A stretch of DNA of 64,000 nt from Omnitrophica WOR_2 bacterium RIFOXYA2_FULL_38_17 (GCA_001805965.1 MHHG01000053.1:1512-65511); one strand, 5' to 3'; shown: positions 31,821-43,053, numbered from the stretch's first letter. The notes: generated by a model not told the origin, from the sequence alone. Translations and numbers: made by a program.

Positions 31821-33125
31821 TTATATCAGAAGTGAACCTTGAGTAAAAAATATTCCTGCAACAGCTGCTGTCATTAAACATCCAAGCGTTGCAGCTATCA
31901 ACGCCCTTAGCGCAACAGACGCAATCACACCAGTTCTTGATGGCGCCAGTGCGGATATTCCTCCTACGAATATTGCCATTGAAGGCAAGTGTGCAAAGCC
32001 GCACAAAGCATATGAAGCAAGAACAAAAGACCTAGGGCTGGACAAAACATTCTCTCCCATAACCCTCGCAAGGTCCTGATAAGCAACCACTTCAGTTAAA
32101 ACAACCCTTTCCCCAATTATCTTCGAAATAATTCCGGCATCAGCGACAGGTATTCCTATCGCCAAAGTAAAAGGATAAAAAATGTGCCCGAAAATATTCT
32201 TTAATGAGAAATCAATTTCTGCACCAAATATCATGCAGATTTTGCTGCCGATATAAGCAAAACTTAAATCTATCAAAGCAACAAGCCCCAGGACTGCAAT
32301 AAGCAGCGCAGATATTCCTACTATCATCGTAACTCCGGAATTTGCTCCGTTAATAATTGCTTCAAATAAACTATTATCCCTTTCATAATAAGGCTTAATA
32401 TGCTCACCTAAAGTCTTTGGGACTTCGCTTTCCGGCATCAAGATCTTTGACATTACAAGAGCTGCGGGCGCTGAAAGAAAAGACGCCGATATCAGATGCG
32501 CCGCAATTGAAGGGAATTGATCCTGCAAAAATAATACATATAGGACTAACACGTTCGAAGCTACGGTTGCCATGCCGACTGTCAATACTGTACAAAGCTC
32601 AGATGCTGTCATGTCTTTAAGATGAGGCTTTATCGTTAAAGCAGATTCAATCCCGACAAAAATATTGCTTGCTGCAGAAAGTGATTCCGCGCCTGAGATC
32701 TTCATTAATTTTGTAAAAACATAAGCAAACCCACGTATAATTATAGGCATTATGTTTAAAAAATATAATATTGATATCAACGAAGAAAAGAAAATAATCG
32801 TCGGAAAAGCTTGAAAGGCTAAAATAAAACCAAGTGAAGTTTCGCCGCTTGCATTAACCTGCCCGGGACCCAACGCAAGCCTGCCAAAAAGAAAATGCGC
32901 GCCTGCTGTTGATGAGTTCAATATCTTTATTACAATATCATTCAAGAACAAAAAGATCTTTGAGCCTGCAGGCACAATAAATATAAATAAGGCCATCGCA
33001 AGCTGAATTACGATACCCCAAAATATCAATGACCAGTTCATTCTCTTTCTATCTGAAGAAAAACACCATGCAAATAAAAGTAAGGCTAACATTCCGCAAA
33101 AGCTAATAAAATTATAAATATCCAT
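31821..33125 (-). CDS. Concentrative nucleoside transporter (NupC family)
   Basis: C-terminal GFAHLPSMAIFVGG motif. Confidence 0.8.
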   Translation of the reverse strand: MDIYNFISFCGMLALLLFAWCFSSDRKRMNWSLIFWGIVIQLAMALFIFIVPAGSKIFLFLNDIVIKILNSSTAGAHFLFGRLALGPGQVNASGETSLGFILAFQAFPTIIFFSSLISILYFLNIMPIIIRGFAYVFTKLMKISGAESLSAASNIFVGIESALTIKPHLKDMTASELCTVLTVGMATVASNVLVLYVLFLQDQFPSIAAHLISASFLSAPAALVMSKILMPESEVPKTLGEHIKPYYERDNSLFEAIINGANSGVTMIVGISALLIAVLGLVALIDLSFAYIGSKICMIFGAEIDFSLKNIFGHIFYPFTLAIGIPVADAGIISKIIGERVVLTEVVAYQDLARVMGENVLSSPRSFVLASYALCGFAHLPSMAIFVGGISALAPSRTGVIASVALRALIAATLGCLMTAAVAGIFFTQGSLLI

Positions 33126-33147
33126 TTCTCAGCCTCTCTTGTAAAAA

Positions 33148-34146
33148 CTACTCTTGGGCCCCTTTTTCCTTTAAATAATCAATTATCCGCTGATCACCAG
33201 ATTTTACTGCCAGCATTAACGGGGTCATTTTAAACATGCCGGTCAAATAAACATCTGCGCCATTCTCAATCAATATCTTTACTATCTCAAGCTGGTTTAA
33301 AAAATCTTCATTGGCATTACTAATCGCCTCGGAAAGCGCTGTATAGCCATTTTCATTTATCAAATTAACTTCTGCCCCGCGTCCGATCAAAAATTTAACC
33401 ATGTCTGCCTGCCCCCACCAGCTGGCCTCCATCAACAAAGTCTTACTTTGATAAGGCCCTGGAGCATTGATATCAGCTCCATTCGCTAACAGATATTCAA
33501 CAACATCTTTGCGGCCGGACCTTGCTGATAAAAATATTGCACTTTTTGATAACTCTCCTCTTTTTTTCATTAAATATTTCAAAATATCCAAATTTCCCGA
33601 ATATGCTGCAATATCAGCAGCGGTCTCAGGCTCTTCTGGCAAACGCGACCACCCTTTTTCATTTACTTTGGCTCCTTTTTGTATCAGCAATTTCACAAGA
33701 TCCAGATTACCTTTATATACAGCAGTCATTAATGGCGTCCAGTTCCAGTTAACAGATATCCCGTGCATAATTAGCTGTAAACCCTTAACATTGACTTCCG
33801 CTCCTGCTTTAATTAAAACTTCTGCTGCTTCCATGTTTTCAAGGGCTATGGCATTGATAAGAACTGAATTTGAGAAAGAGCTGACATGATCAACATCAGC
33901 GCCTTCCTTTATCAAATATTCTATCATCTTGATCTTGTTACCAGCAACTGCTGCTCCAAGAGCTTGATCAAGCTTATGCTGATCAGACTCTTGAGCCAGA
34001 AGGGCCTTGACAACTTCGATATTTCCGCTTCTAGCTGCAGAAAACAAACCACCTTCTTCGTATTGGGCAATTACTGTCTTAGGCAAGTAAAAGAAAAATG
34101 TTGAAAATAAAATGGCCTGAATGAGTACAAACTTTGTTTGATGCAT
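33148..34146 (-). CDS. Secreted ankyrin-repeat protein
   Basis: Signal peptide plus at least 7 ANK repeats (TPLM.A...G...V.LL...GA.VN). Confidence 0.8.
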   Translation of the reverse strand: MHQTKFVLIQAILFSTFFFYLPKTVIAQYEEGGLFSAARSGNIEVVKALLAQESDQHKLDQALGAAVAGNKIKMIEYLIKEGADVDHVSSFSNSVLINAIALENMEAAEVLIKAGAEVNVKGLQLIMHGISVNWNWTPLMTAVYKGNLDLVKLLIQKGAKVNEKGWSRLPEEPETAADIAAYSGNLDILKYLMKKRGELSKSAIFLSARSGRKDVVEYLLANGADINAPGPYQSKTLLMEASWWGQADMVKFLIGRGAEVNLINENGYTALSEAISNANEDFLNQLEIVKILIENGADVYLTGMFKMTPLMLAVKSGDQRIIDYLKEKGAQE

Positions 34147-34184
34147 AAATGATTATTTCAAAACTTTATTAAATAATTAAAACC

Positions 34185-34628
34185 TTAAGGTGTGAAGGGC
34201 AAATTAATTGACTGATTGTTGTTAACAGCAATATTGATCTCTTTTCTGATCACGCTCAGTAATTTCCTTTGATGAAGAGGCTTTGCAAAGGCACGGAATA
34301 AACGGCCATCTACATCTATTTTTTCATCTCCCTTATCCATCTCAACACCCATTGTAACTGTTATACATACGATCGGAATGCCTTTTATCTCAGGATCATT
34401 AACTATCCGCCTTATTACCTGAACACCATTAATATCAGGTAGCATAAGGTCCATCAATACAAGATCCGGCTTTTCAGCTTTTGTCATATTAAAGCCATCT
34501 TCGCCGGTCCTTGCACATATAGAAACATAGCCATCCATCTTTAGCCATTTTTCCAGTACCTTTACCATGCTTGGGTCATCATCAACAATAAGTATTTTTC
34601 TTAGAACTTTAGGCATTTTGCGTCCCAA
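34185..34628 (-). CDS. Stand-alone response-regulator receiver domain (CheY-like)
   Basis: ILIVDDD...LVLMDLMLP... Confidence 0.8.
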   Translation of the reverse strand: MGRKMPKVLRKILIVDDDPSMVKVLEKWLKMDGYVSICARTGEDGFNMTKAEKPDLVLMDLMLPDINGVQVIRRIVNDPEIKGIPIVCITVTMGVEMDKGDEKIDVDGRLFRAFAKPLHQRKLLSVIRKEINIAVNNNQSINLPFTP

Positions 34629-34748
34629 AACAATTCATTAACTATCTAATACTAATAAAAATCTTAACATGGAATAAGTTCATCAGCCACTTCTTTTCAA
34701 GAATTCTACGTTAAGCCGTCTGAAAATCCCAACTATAATTCATCGCAT

Positions 34749-37700
34749 TTAATGCGCCAAAAGCATAGCGGCATTGGAAATCGGTACTATCTGAATTATC
34801 ATCGGAGAAAAACCCAATATCGTCATATTTTCATATCCATTCATATCAAAACTGAATTCAAATCCAAAGCCGTCTCCTCTTGTTTCAATCTCCAGATTCC
34901 TAGTATCAAGGTCAATACCGCCAACTCTTTTTTCTTCCACTACGTCAGTAACATTTCCTTGGACCAGAACTTCTTTTAGTCCTTGTTGCATAAACAAACT
35001 TATGGTATTTATAAAATCTTTTCTTGCTTTAAGCTTATCCCGGGAGTCTCCCCATTCCCTTCGTTGAAATTCGGTTCTATCAGCTAGCTCCACAGCAACT
35101 GTAGCAAGCTCCAAGGACATAGATGCATCTGTCATTCCAATTAAAATATACTCTCCTTCGACATTCTTGCTTCCCTGAGAAAAGAAAAATCCGAAATTAA
35201 TATCTTTAAAAGATAATTGATCGACCAAAGCATTTCTCATCATTTTATATTTTTGCCCACTTCCAACATATTCATCTAAGAAAAGCACTCTTTGATTATA
35301 TCTAATATCATCATAATCCAAGCCCTCTTCATCTAATGCTATTCTTAACACTTCATCTTTCTTCCACGCAGGCACAACCATATCATAAGAAACCTGATCT
35401 TTATAAAGTGTTTTGTTAACCTCTCCACTCAAAGCAACAACTCGCGGCCTTTTTTCGGTTGGGAACAAATTGTCCCATGTAAGTTCAAACATCGTTTTAC
35501 TTAACATGGAGCTATAACCAGAAATTAATACAATGTCCAAACCTTCCAGCTTATCATGAACCTGCATTACGAGACTCTTTGCAGCTCTAATTATTTTTAA
35601 TCCGGATTCCTCATCTATCCCTACCGAAGCTGCTAATGCAGCAAATTCTCCTCCTAAGATTGCTGAATCCTTATTTTCAACGACTGTAAATTCAACATCT
35701 ACACTAGAACCTTCAGCATAATTGACCCTTGATATCTTAGGTAAAGTAACAGTAAAAGTTGTACTATCCGGCTGGCTGTCTAAGCCTAATACCCCTCCCA
35801 ACTGGTCAACTCTTCCCTGGACTAATTGCAATCCATAGCCAGATCCACCCTGAACACCTGCACCTTTCTCTTCAGTCAACCCTCCCGTAGTTATAAGTTT
35901 TAATAGTCCAGCCTGAAGCTGTACAATAGCATCAACATCATTTTCTGATACAGGCTCAAATCCTTCCATAAGACCATAAAAATCGCCAAAATATAATTTC
36001 CCATCCTCTTTATTAGAAAATAATGTATTATTTCTTGCAGCTGCCTTTGCTTTTGAGATCAATTTATTCCAGTTTATCCCTCCAAGATTAGCAACTTTAA
36101 ACCTTACACCCTGGTCATCTGTCGGTTCAAAACGGACAATTATATCCCCTTCTTTCTGAGCCTCAACAGCATTATCAATAAGTTCATTTGCTATCTCTGC
36201 AAAAAGATATTTTATTCTTCCAGCCACATCTTTAGAAAAACTGCCCGTAATCGGATTAACATAAATATCCCCTTTGATAGAATAACGATTATTGACAGAT
36301 CCCCTTACTCCGCTTAAGATTGCATCCTTTGCACTAAATGATTTTATTGAATCACTATCCATTTTGTCATTCTCATCACCGAGAACTGAAGTGTCAGCAT
36401 AACCATCCCTCGATACCCTGTAATAGAACAAACGTCCTGCATACCAGGCTTCCGGTGAACTATAATTCTCTTCAACCACTCTTTGAGTCCTGAATTGACT
36501 TGAATCAATCGTAACAGGCCCAAACCCGCTAATTATGGTCGTTCTTATTTCACCGTCAGCAGATAAAATAGAAAACAGGTCTTCAAGATGCTGTGTAACT
36601 TCCGCTCTCGGACCATCCCTAAAGTAGTGGCTAAGACCAAGATTACTGTAAATCAAACCTATCTTTTTATTTATTCCTGCATCATTCATTAATTTCTCAT
36701 AAATTGCTTTAAAATTTTTTGGAGTATCTAATATAAAAGTCACGCTTTTCGGAGCATTATGCCAGCTTTCCGGGATCTGATTGGCGAAGGCAATTATCTT
36801 TACATTCCGAATCCCTTTGGCCTCTAGCTCTCGAGCTAGCCCAATCACCCCTACTGCATCACCCGCCCCCCAATCCACAACAACGATCGGCTCAGCATCA
36901 ACATCTGTGCTGGCGCCTAACTCATAAAGCTTACTCATTATTCCATATCTTCCATTGAGCGTTGCAAAAGATGTATCAGTCTTTGCCCAGCTCCTTCCTG
37001 TATCATGTATGGTAATAACACCATTTTCATCCCTGACCTCATAAAATGAACGCGTAGTTAATATTTTCTGGAAATCATCATCTAATAGAGTTGAATAGAT
37101 CTTTGCTCCTCCATCTAAGTCTGCCACTTTCACTTCAGACAACATAGATCTATCTGGCCTTAATCCTGCTTCATTCTGAATAACAGGAAGAGTTATTCTA
37201 AATATTGCACCAGCTTCAATCTCCCCGTTTTCCTTTGCTTGACTCCAGTTCTCAGCACTTATCTTCCCGCCATGATTCTCAATTATTCTTTTACTAATAG
37301 CTAATCCAACACCCGTTCCAAACTCACCTTTTGTAGAAACAAAATCTTCAAAAATACTATTAGGATCTTCTAATTTAATTCCTCCGCCAGTGTCCTTGAT
37401 AAACAATTCAACCATATCTTTATTCTGGGAAAGTCTTGATCCTAACTCAATTCGCCCCCCATCTTTCATTGTTTCATTTGCATTCTTTAAAATATTTATA
37501 AAAACTTCTGTCATCCTCAGATCATCAACTTCCAACGACAATCCATCAGCTTCAAGATTAACAAAATCCTTATTAATAACGATCTCACCTCTAGCAATTC
37601 TTTCAACCATTCTTTGTATACCAGAAGCAGAAGCTGGCACGGAATTAATAGAATGAGCAAAAATAAACTCAACATCAACTTTCCGCTTATTTAATTTATT

Positions 37701-39356
37701 ATCAAGCACCCTATTTAAGTACTCAACAAAATGTTCATACGAAGTAAGCATTGTGGAAATATATTTTTGATATATATTGCCCTTATCCTTTCCTTCAAAA
37801 ACAGTACTTAAACTTTTCAGAACAGCCTCTAATCCCTGTTTTTCCTCGTTAATCCTATTTCTAAATTGTTCGAATGCCCGATACATTTGTATATTATCGT
37901 GGATCCCATCTTTAGGCTTAAATATCCCCTGAAGATTCGGGTTTATTGATAACATAAAATCAAATGCTCTTTTAAAGTCTTCATTTCCATCAATAAGACC
38001 TTTGTTGTCCTGATAAATTATCTGTCTGAACCCAGCAATTGCCTGAGCGAAATTGTTCACTTCATGGAACAGATAATGTCTCATCTCCCACAAACTACTG
38101 CCCAAAGAATTCGCTTGCTCTGCGTTAAGCATTGAAGTGTCTTTTGTTCTATTAGAAGAATTCTGATCAACTTCCGGCACCACGTTGATCTGTGCAATTA
38201 ACGGCGATCTAGCATTTATATTTTCTGGTCTTCCATTTTCTTCAACAATATTACCTACTTTTGTAAGAACTGTTCCTCCTGAAAAATACTTTCTAGGAAT
38301 TATCTGTTGTGTTGTATAGTCATATTCTTCTTTAATGTAATCATAGACACCATCTTTGAATGCCTTTAAATACTCCTGGTATATTTTCTCTTTGACTTCT
38401 TTATCATCAACATCAACACCTTCTATCTTATTCTGATCAAGATAAATACGTCCGAACATGCTTTCTTTTAAGTTGCGCTTAAACCAGGTTGCCAATATTA
38501 GAGAATTATAAATTTGACGAAGAGCTGCAAAATTTTTGCCTTCATTTACTTCCTCTTCAATCGCAGGGATTACTACCTCCCTCAATATTTGAGTTGATAG
38601 CTTAACCTTTTCATCTTTATTTTCTTGGCGCTCTTCTCCCTGCTCATTTTCATTAGGTTCCCCAATACCTTTTTGATGAGACATGGCTAAATAGTCTTCC
38701 TCTAACATTACCTTCAGCCTGCTGTTGGTAACATAGGCAACCTCTCCATATTCATAGATCACAGCTCTTTCGGGTATGATCCATATCTTATTAAAGGTCT
38801 CAACCGGAATATCCGTTGTGCCAAACTTCTCCTGAGCTTCCGAGTAGACCCTCTCCCAGAACTTACTGCCAATTTCATCTTCCGGATAAAGCAAAGAAGA
38901 AGTTAATTGTTTTAAAATATAATCCTGAGCCAAAAGGTCCCGGCCCATCTCGGTTTCACCAAAAATTTTTGGGATTATGCGATCTTTTTCATATGGGGAT
39001 AAGTTGACCCAAAGATCATCATCCGGGATTGTTAATGAGGCAAGGAAGTATTTTACTAATTTTGAAACCTCAGCTTCAAGCTCATCACCTTGAACTGCAG
39101 AATCACCTTTATCGATAATAAAATCAAATTTAAAAGGTTCTTCTGGATAGATCTTTATTCCTTTTAAAATGACTGGAATATATGGAGGAGTTAAATAAAC
39201 CATGGAATTGGTCAAGGCCAATTCAGAAAAAACCTGGGCTTGCGCCTGACCGATAGGCACAACCATCAATTGAAGGGAAATTACTACAAATAAGATCCAT
39301 GTTTTAGCTCTACAAAAAATAGATCTCAACTTATTCATTTGTTTGGTAATAAACAT
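34749..39356 (-). CDS. 1535-aa multidomain protein: N-terminal signal/anchor, large N-terminal region, histidine-kinase-like core (H-box-like plus HATPase_c), Rossmann/MTase-like middle module, second GHKL ATPase module, unknown C-terminal domain
   Basis: MRHYLFHEVNNF (H-box-like). ILKNANETM...DTGGGI...GTGVGLAISKRII (first GHKL). VVVDWGAGDAVG (Rossmann). IANELIDNAVEA...ANLGG...GSGYGLQLV (second GHKL). Confidence 0.65.
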   Translation of the reverse strand: MFITKQMNKLRSIFCRAKTWILFVVISLQLMVVPIGQAQAQVFSELALTNSMVYLTPPYIPVILKGIKIYPEEPFKFDFIIDKGDSAVQGDELEAEVSKLVKYFLASLTIPDDDLWVNLSPYEKDRIIPKIFGETEMGRDLLAQDYILKQLTSSLLYPEDEIGSKFWERVYSEAQEKFGTTDIPVETFNKIWIIPERAVIYEYGEVAYVTNSRLKVMLEEDYLAMSHQKGIGEPNENEQGEERQENKDEKVKLSTQILREVVIPAIEEEVNEGKNFAALRQIYNSLILATWFKRNLKESMFGRIYLDQNKIEGVDVDDKEVKEKIYQEYLKAFKDGVYDYIKEEYDYTTQQIIPRKYFSGGTVLTKVGNIVEENGRPENINARSPLIAQINVVPEVDQNSSNRTKDTSMLNAEQANSLGSSLWEMRHYLFHEVNNFAQAIAGFRQIIYQDNKGLIDGNEDFKRAFDFMLSINPNLQGIFKPKDGIHDNIQMYRAFEQFRNRINEEKQGLEAVLKSLSTVFEGKDKGNIYQKYISTMLTSYEHFVEYLNRVLDNKLNKRKVDVEFIFAHSINSVPASASGIQRMVERIARGEIVINKDFVNLEADGLSLEVDDLRMTEVFINILKNANETMKDGGRIELGSRLSQNKDMVELFIKDTGGGIKLEDPNSIFEDFVSTKGEFGTGVGLAISKRIIENHGGKISAENWSQAKENGEIEAGAIFRITLPVIQNEAGLRPDRSMLSEVKVADLDGGAKIYSTLLDDDFQKILTTRSFYEVRDENGVITIHDTGRSWAKTDTSFATLNGRYGIMSKLYELGASTDVDAEPIVVVDWGAGDAVGVIGLARELEAKGIRNVKIIAFANQIPESWHNAPKSVTFILDTPKNFKAIYEKLMNDAGINKKIGLIYSNLGLSHYFRDGPRAEVTQHLEDLFSILSADGEIRTTIISGFGPVTIDSSQFRTQRVVEENYSSPEAWYAGRLFYYRVSRDGYADTSVLGDENDKMDSDSIKSFSAKDAILSGVRGSVNNRYSIKGDIYVNPITGSFSKDVAGRIKYLFAEIANELIDNAVEAQKEGDIIVRFEPTDDQGVRFKVANLGGINWNKLISKAKAAARNNTLFSNKEDGKLYFGDFYGLMEGFEPVSENDVDAIVQLQAGLLKLITTGGLTEEKGAGVQGGSGYGLQLVQGRVDQLGGVLGLDSQPDSTTFTVTLPKISRVNYAEGSSVDVEFTVVENKDSAILGGEFAALAASVGIDEESGLKIIRAAKSLVMQVHDKLEGLDIVLISGYSSMLSKTMFELTWDNLFPTEKRPRVVALSGEVNKTLYKDQVSYDMVVPAWKKDEVLRIALDEEGLDYDDIRYNQRVLFLDEYVGSGQKYKMMRNALVDQLSFKDINFGFFFSQGSKNVEGEYILIGMTDASMSLELATVAVELADRTEFQRREWGDSRDKLKARKDFINTISLFMQQGLKEVLVQGNVTDVVEEKRVGGIDLDTRNLEIETRGDGFGFEFSFDMNGYENMTILGFSPMIIQIVPISNAAMLLAH

Positions 39357-39467
39357 AATTAAACTAATTAAGATTAATAATAATAGAAAATAAAATTTAT
39401 ATAAAAAGTATACAATATATTATTTTTTATTACCAATTAACGGAAAAAAGAGGAAAAAAAAGAGTTT

Positions 39468-39950
39468 TTAGTCAAGCAACTTTCGCCATTGTTTTAGTTT
39501 CCAAGCAAGCGGTTTGGCAAAAGCAGGGCTCGTAGATGGCAGGTATTCAACAGGCATATTGATATGAGAAAAGTGCTTCTTGAACAATGTTAGTGATGTC
39601 TTGCCATTGCAAAACACCTTTTTGATATTTGGATAATCATTAAAATATGCCTCAAAATCATTCATTCTTGCATTCCTGATCATACTGTCAGAAGACGTTT
39701 TAGGCCTACGGCAACTATGAATTACATCCCACAATGCAACACGATTCTTTTGAAGAACTTTCACTCTTTCTTCATAGCTATCAGCAAAATCGGTTTTTGT
39801 TATTTTTGCAATGATTTTCCAAAAATGATTTTGTGAATGTCCATAATATTGGCTTAGCTCTAAAGACCTGACACCGGGCATAGAACCCAAAACAAGCACT
39901 TTTGATTTCTTATTTACAATAGGTGGGAAACCAACAATTATATCTTGCAT
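39468..39950 (-). CDS. UDG-superfamily DNA glycosylase (hypoxanthine/deoxyinosine-DNA glycosylase-like)
   Basis: LVLGSMPG...YYGHSQNHFW motif. Confidence 0.6.
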   Translation of the reverse strand: MQDIIVGFPPIVNKKSKVLVLGSMPGVRSLELSQYYGHSQNHFWKIIAKITKTDFADSYEERVKVLQKNRVALWDVIHSCRRPKTSSDSMIRNARMNDFEAYFNDYPNIKKVFCNGKTSLTLFKKHFSHINMPVEYLPSTSPAFAKPLAWKLKQWRKLLD

Positions 39951-39956
39951 TTTAAT

Positions 39957-41597
39957 TTATGATACAGCTTCAATATATAAGCCTTTAGGAATAGTAAAAT
40001 GAAACGCAGCACCTTTTCCTTCTTCTGAATCTATCCAAATAGTGCCACCATGAGAATCAACCACTGCTTTAACAATGCTCAAGCCGGCTCCGGAGCCAAC
40101 ATAATCTTTTGCACTATGCAGCCTTGCAAATATTTCAAAAACTTTCTCCTGATCTTCTTTTGCAATACCAATACCATTATCAGTTACTACAAATTCATAC
40201 GACTTTTCATGCTCAAAATGACCGACCGTGACAATTGGATGAATATCTTTGTTCTTTGAAGAGAATTTAATTGCATTGTTAATAAGGTTTAAAAATGCCT
40301 CTCCTATTTTTATCCTGTCGCAAATTATAGTAGGCAGATTTTCAGGAATAACCATTTCGACATTATATTGTTTAATATCAAATTCTAACCTCTCGCATAT
40401 ATTCACAACAACCTGATGAATATCAACTTTCTCATAAGGATTTTTGACCCTGGTTATTCTTGTCAAGGCAAGCAAATCTTCGATCAAATTATTCAATCTC
40501 GTAACTGACCTGCGAATACCTGAAATGCACTCCATCGCCTTATCATCTAATTTCCCCTTATAATGTTTTTCTAAAAATGCGCCATAACCTGATATTCCTG
40601 TGAGCGGGGCACGCAAGTCATGGCTTACCGTGTGGACAAACCCATCCAATTCTTTATTAACTTTCTGAAGGTCCTGCTTCTGACCTTCCGTCACTTTCAG
40701 ATTTTCTAAAAGCATAATCCTTTTTTCTTCTAGTTTATCGGTAAACTCTGTCAGCTTTTCACCCATAGTAACAAAAGCAGTAGAAACTTCGCCAATTTCG
40801 TCTTTTTGAATATTGTCTATTTCCACTTCAAACTTTCCTTTACCCACTTGCTGAGCAACATTTACAAGTTTCTTTAAAGGCCTGGCAATACTTCTTATAA
40901 GAGCAAAAGATATTATAGAACTGATCACTATGCTCAAAACAAAGCTTACCCATAAGACTTTCCTTGCAACCTTCTCTTCCTGATTAGCAATTTCCAAAGA
41001 CCTCTTTGAGAACTCCCTTATTTCCAACATCATTGATTCAAGCTTTAAAGAAAGTCTTTTTTCACTTCTTTTTATCTCGTCGATATCTTCAAATGACAAT
41101 TCATACTCAGTTTTTTCTATCATGCCAAATATTTTAAAGATAACCGCATCATAGCTAATAAGGGATTCTTCTATCTTTTTTATGATCAGCCTGGCATTCT
41201 CCAGTTCAACCTTCTTTTGTTCTGATAAAGTATTAGTGAATTCTTCTTCAATCATGTTCTTTGCATCAATAATATTAGCTGCTGCCTGCTCGCCAATTTT
41301 ATTAAATCCTTCTCGCAGTAGCCCAATATGTTCCAGCAAATACCTTTTGCGTATTTCCGTGACATTTTCAAATGCGACTTCTTCCGCGATCCTTAAAACC
41401 CTCTCGAATAAGATTACTTTTTTGTGCTGGTAATTATTTATTGAAGTAACAACTTCTGTTAAGGCCATGTCCCTTTTAACAACATTTCTCAGCTCAAAAC
41501 CTATCTTTGAAAGTTGACTCAAACCTATAATAGTGTTACATCCTAAAACTGTAAGAAGGAAGAGAATAAAGACTGAAATTTTATTGGATATTTTCAT
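39957..41597 (-). CDS. Sensor histidine kinase (TM-sensor-TM, HAMP, HisKA, HATPase_c)
   Basis: HDLRAPL H-box with N, G1 and G2 boxes. Confidence 0.85.
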   Translation of the reverse strand: MKISNKISVFILFLLTVLGCNTIIGLSQLSKIGFELRNVVKRDMALTEVVTSINNYQHKKVILFERVLRIAEEVAFENVTEIRKRYLLEHIGLLREGFNKIGEQAAANIIDAKNMIEEEFTNTLSEQKKVELENARLIIKKIEESLISYDAVIFKIFGMIEKTEYELSFEDIDEIKRSEKRLSLKLESMMLEIREFSKRSLEIANQEEKVARKVLWVSFVLSIVISSIISFALIRSIARPLKKLVNVAQQVGKGKFEVEIDNIQKDEIGEVSTAFVTMGEKLTEFTDKLEEKRIMLLENLKVTEGQKQDLQKVNKELDGFVHTVSHDLRAPLTGISGYGAFLEKHYKGKLDDKAMECISGIRRSVTRLNNLIEDLLALTRITRVKNPYEKVDIHQVVVNICERLEFDIKQYNVEMVIPENLPTIICDRIKIGEAFLNLINNAIKFSSKNKDIHPIVTVGHFEHEKSYEFVVTDNGIGIAKEDQEKVFEIFARLHSAKDYVGSGAGLSIVKAVVDSHGGTIWIDSEEGKGAAFHFTIPKGLYIEAVS

Positions 41598-41607
41598 TTA
41601 ACCTTGT

Positions 41608-42144
41608 TTATTTCCTTATTTCCTTTAAAACATCAGCATACTTATAGAAGGGGTCCCCTTTAGATTGCGAGAAAACATCAGAATACACCACAAGATCAAA
41701 GAAGCGGTTTATAACAACAAGATATGTTGTTCCTTCAAGCTCAGACTTGTCTTTTAACGGGTTAAAATGTACAAAAATATACCCTCTTGTTTCAGGCATT
41801 CCGATCGATTTATCTATCTTTGCTGATTTAAGCAAATAATCCATCTTGCGCTCTGATTCAGATAAAGTCTTTTTTGCCTTAATAATTGCAGCTTTTGCCT
41901 GTTTTTGATCTATAACCGGCTTATTCGCTCCAAGAATATCATATTTAAATTTTCTGCCAGCTTCTTTCATTTTTTCAGAGCTCAGCTCGTTCGCCTTAAG
42001 ATAATCATTACCTATCTCATCCATTGCATCGGAAATAGAATCTTCATAATAGTCATATGTATTAACTGTCTTGTCAGTGACCTTATCTACAGACGCACAA
42101 CCACTACATAATATGAAAATAGTAAACCATAGAATCTTTTGCAT
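41608..42144 (-). CDS. Lipoprotein of unknown function
   Basis: Lipobox ILCSGC. 10-nt gap to the sensor kinase gene. Confidence 0.45.
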   Translation of the reverse strand: MQKILWFTIFILCSGCASVDKVTDKTVNTYDYYEDSISDAMDEIGNDYLKANELSSEKMKEAGRKFKYDILGANKPVIDQKQAKAAIIKAKKTLSESERKMDYLLKSAKIDKSIGMPETRGYIFVHFNPLKDKSELEGTTYLVVINRFFDLVVYSDVFSQSKGDPFYKYADVLKEIRK

Positions 42145-42348
42145 AGTGAAAAACCTCTCTTATCCTTTAGAAAATTAGTCTTATGTAAATATAAAGAATA
42201 CATATATTCTATTGTATATAATAGGAAATAAATCCATATTTATCCAGCAATATTACTTTTTTTCAATCTTCATTTATACTGTATTCTGTTAGCTATAAAC
42301 GACAAAAGAACTATATGAATTTTGCATTCTAAATAATATACTGTAACT

Positions 42349-43053
42349 ATGCTAATTTTCAGAACTAAATCCATACGACAATCTTTTATTTTTATAATAT
42401 ACTTCTTGTTATTATCACAATATTGCTTTGCACAGGACTCTATAATAAATGATGTTATAAAATCAAAGCAATCTCTTGTCACCATTAAGGGATTTAAGTC
42501 TTCTCCCTCAGAACATGATGACACTGGTCAATACAAAATGGGCTCTGGAGTAATCATATCAAATAACGGTATTATCGTAACAAATCTGCACACAATAATT
42601 GATTGTAATTTCATTAACGTTAAACTGCATAATGATAAAATTTATAGTTCTGAAGTCTTGATGACCTTGCCTGCATTTGATATTTCCTTAATAAAGATCA
42701 AGGCTTCAACCCCGTTAATTCCTATAGAGTTTGGCGACTCAAATGCCATTAGCTTGGGGCAAGATATAATCAATGTTTCCAGCAGTAAATTATGGCAGCA
42801 AACCATTACCGGAGGGATTATTACTGGTTTGGGAGTGAGCAAGCAATTGGACGGACAGGATATAAAAGGCATTGAAATGATCGAAGTAAACTTAAATCTT
42901 GATGAAGGCGACAGCGGAGGTCCATTATTGAATAAATCCGGGGAGTTGATTGGAATGATCACTGCAAAAGATGTAACACGAAGCAGAAAAAGCTATGCAA
43001 TCCCATCAAGCAAGATACTTCTTCTTTATGAATATTACCAAAAATCCAAGTAA
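42349..43053 (+). CDS. Secreted trypsin-like serine protease (S1 family, small)
   Basis: Signal peptide and catalytic triad context TNLHTI / DISLIKI / GDSGGPL. Confidence 0.75.
   Translation: MLIFRTKSIRQSFIFIIYFLLLSQYCFAQDSIINDVIKSKQSLVTIKGFKSSPSEHDDTGQYKMGSGVIISNNGIIVTNLHTIIDCNFINVKLHNDKIYSSEVLMTLPAFDISLIKIKASTPLIPIEFGDSNAISLGQDIINVSSSKLWQQTITGGIITGLGVSKQLDGQDIKGIEMIEVNLNLDEGDSGGPLLNKSGELIGMITAKDVTRSRKSYAIPSSKILLLYEYYQKSK

Noticed and set aside
31796-31830. Fluoride riboswitch upstream of crcB
   Set aside because: Only about 25 nt separate crcB from nupC, and about 22 nt lie upstream of nupC. There is no room for the roughly 60-nt riboswitch.
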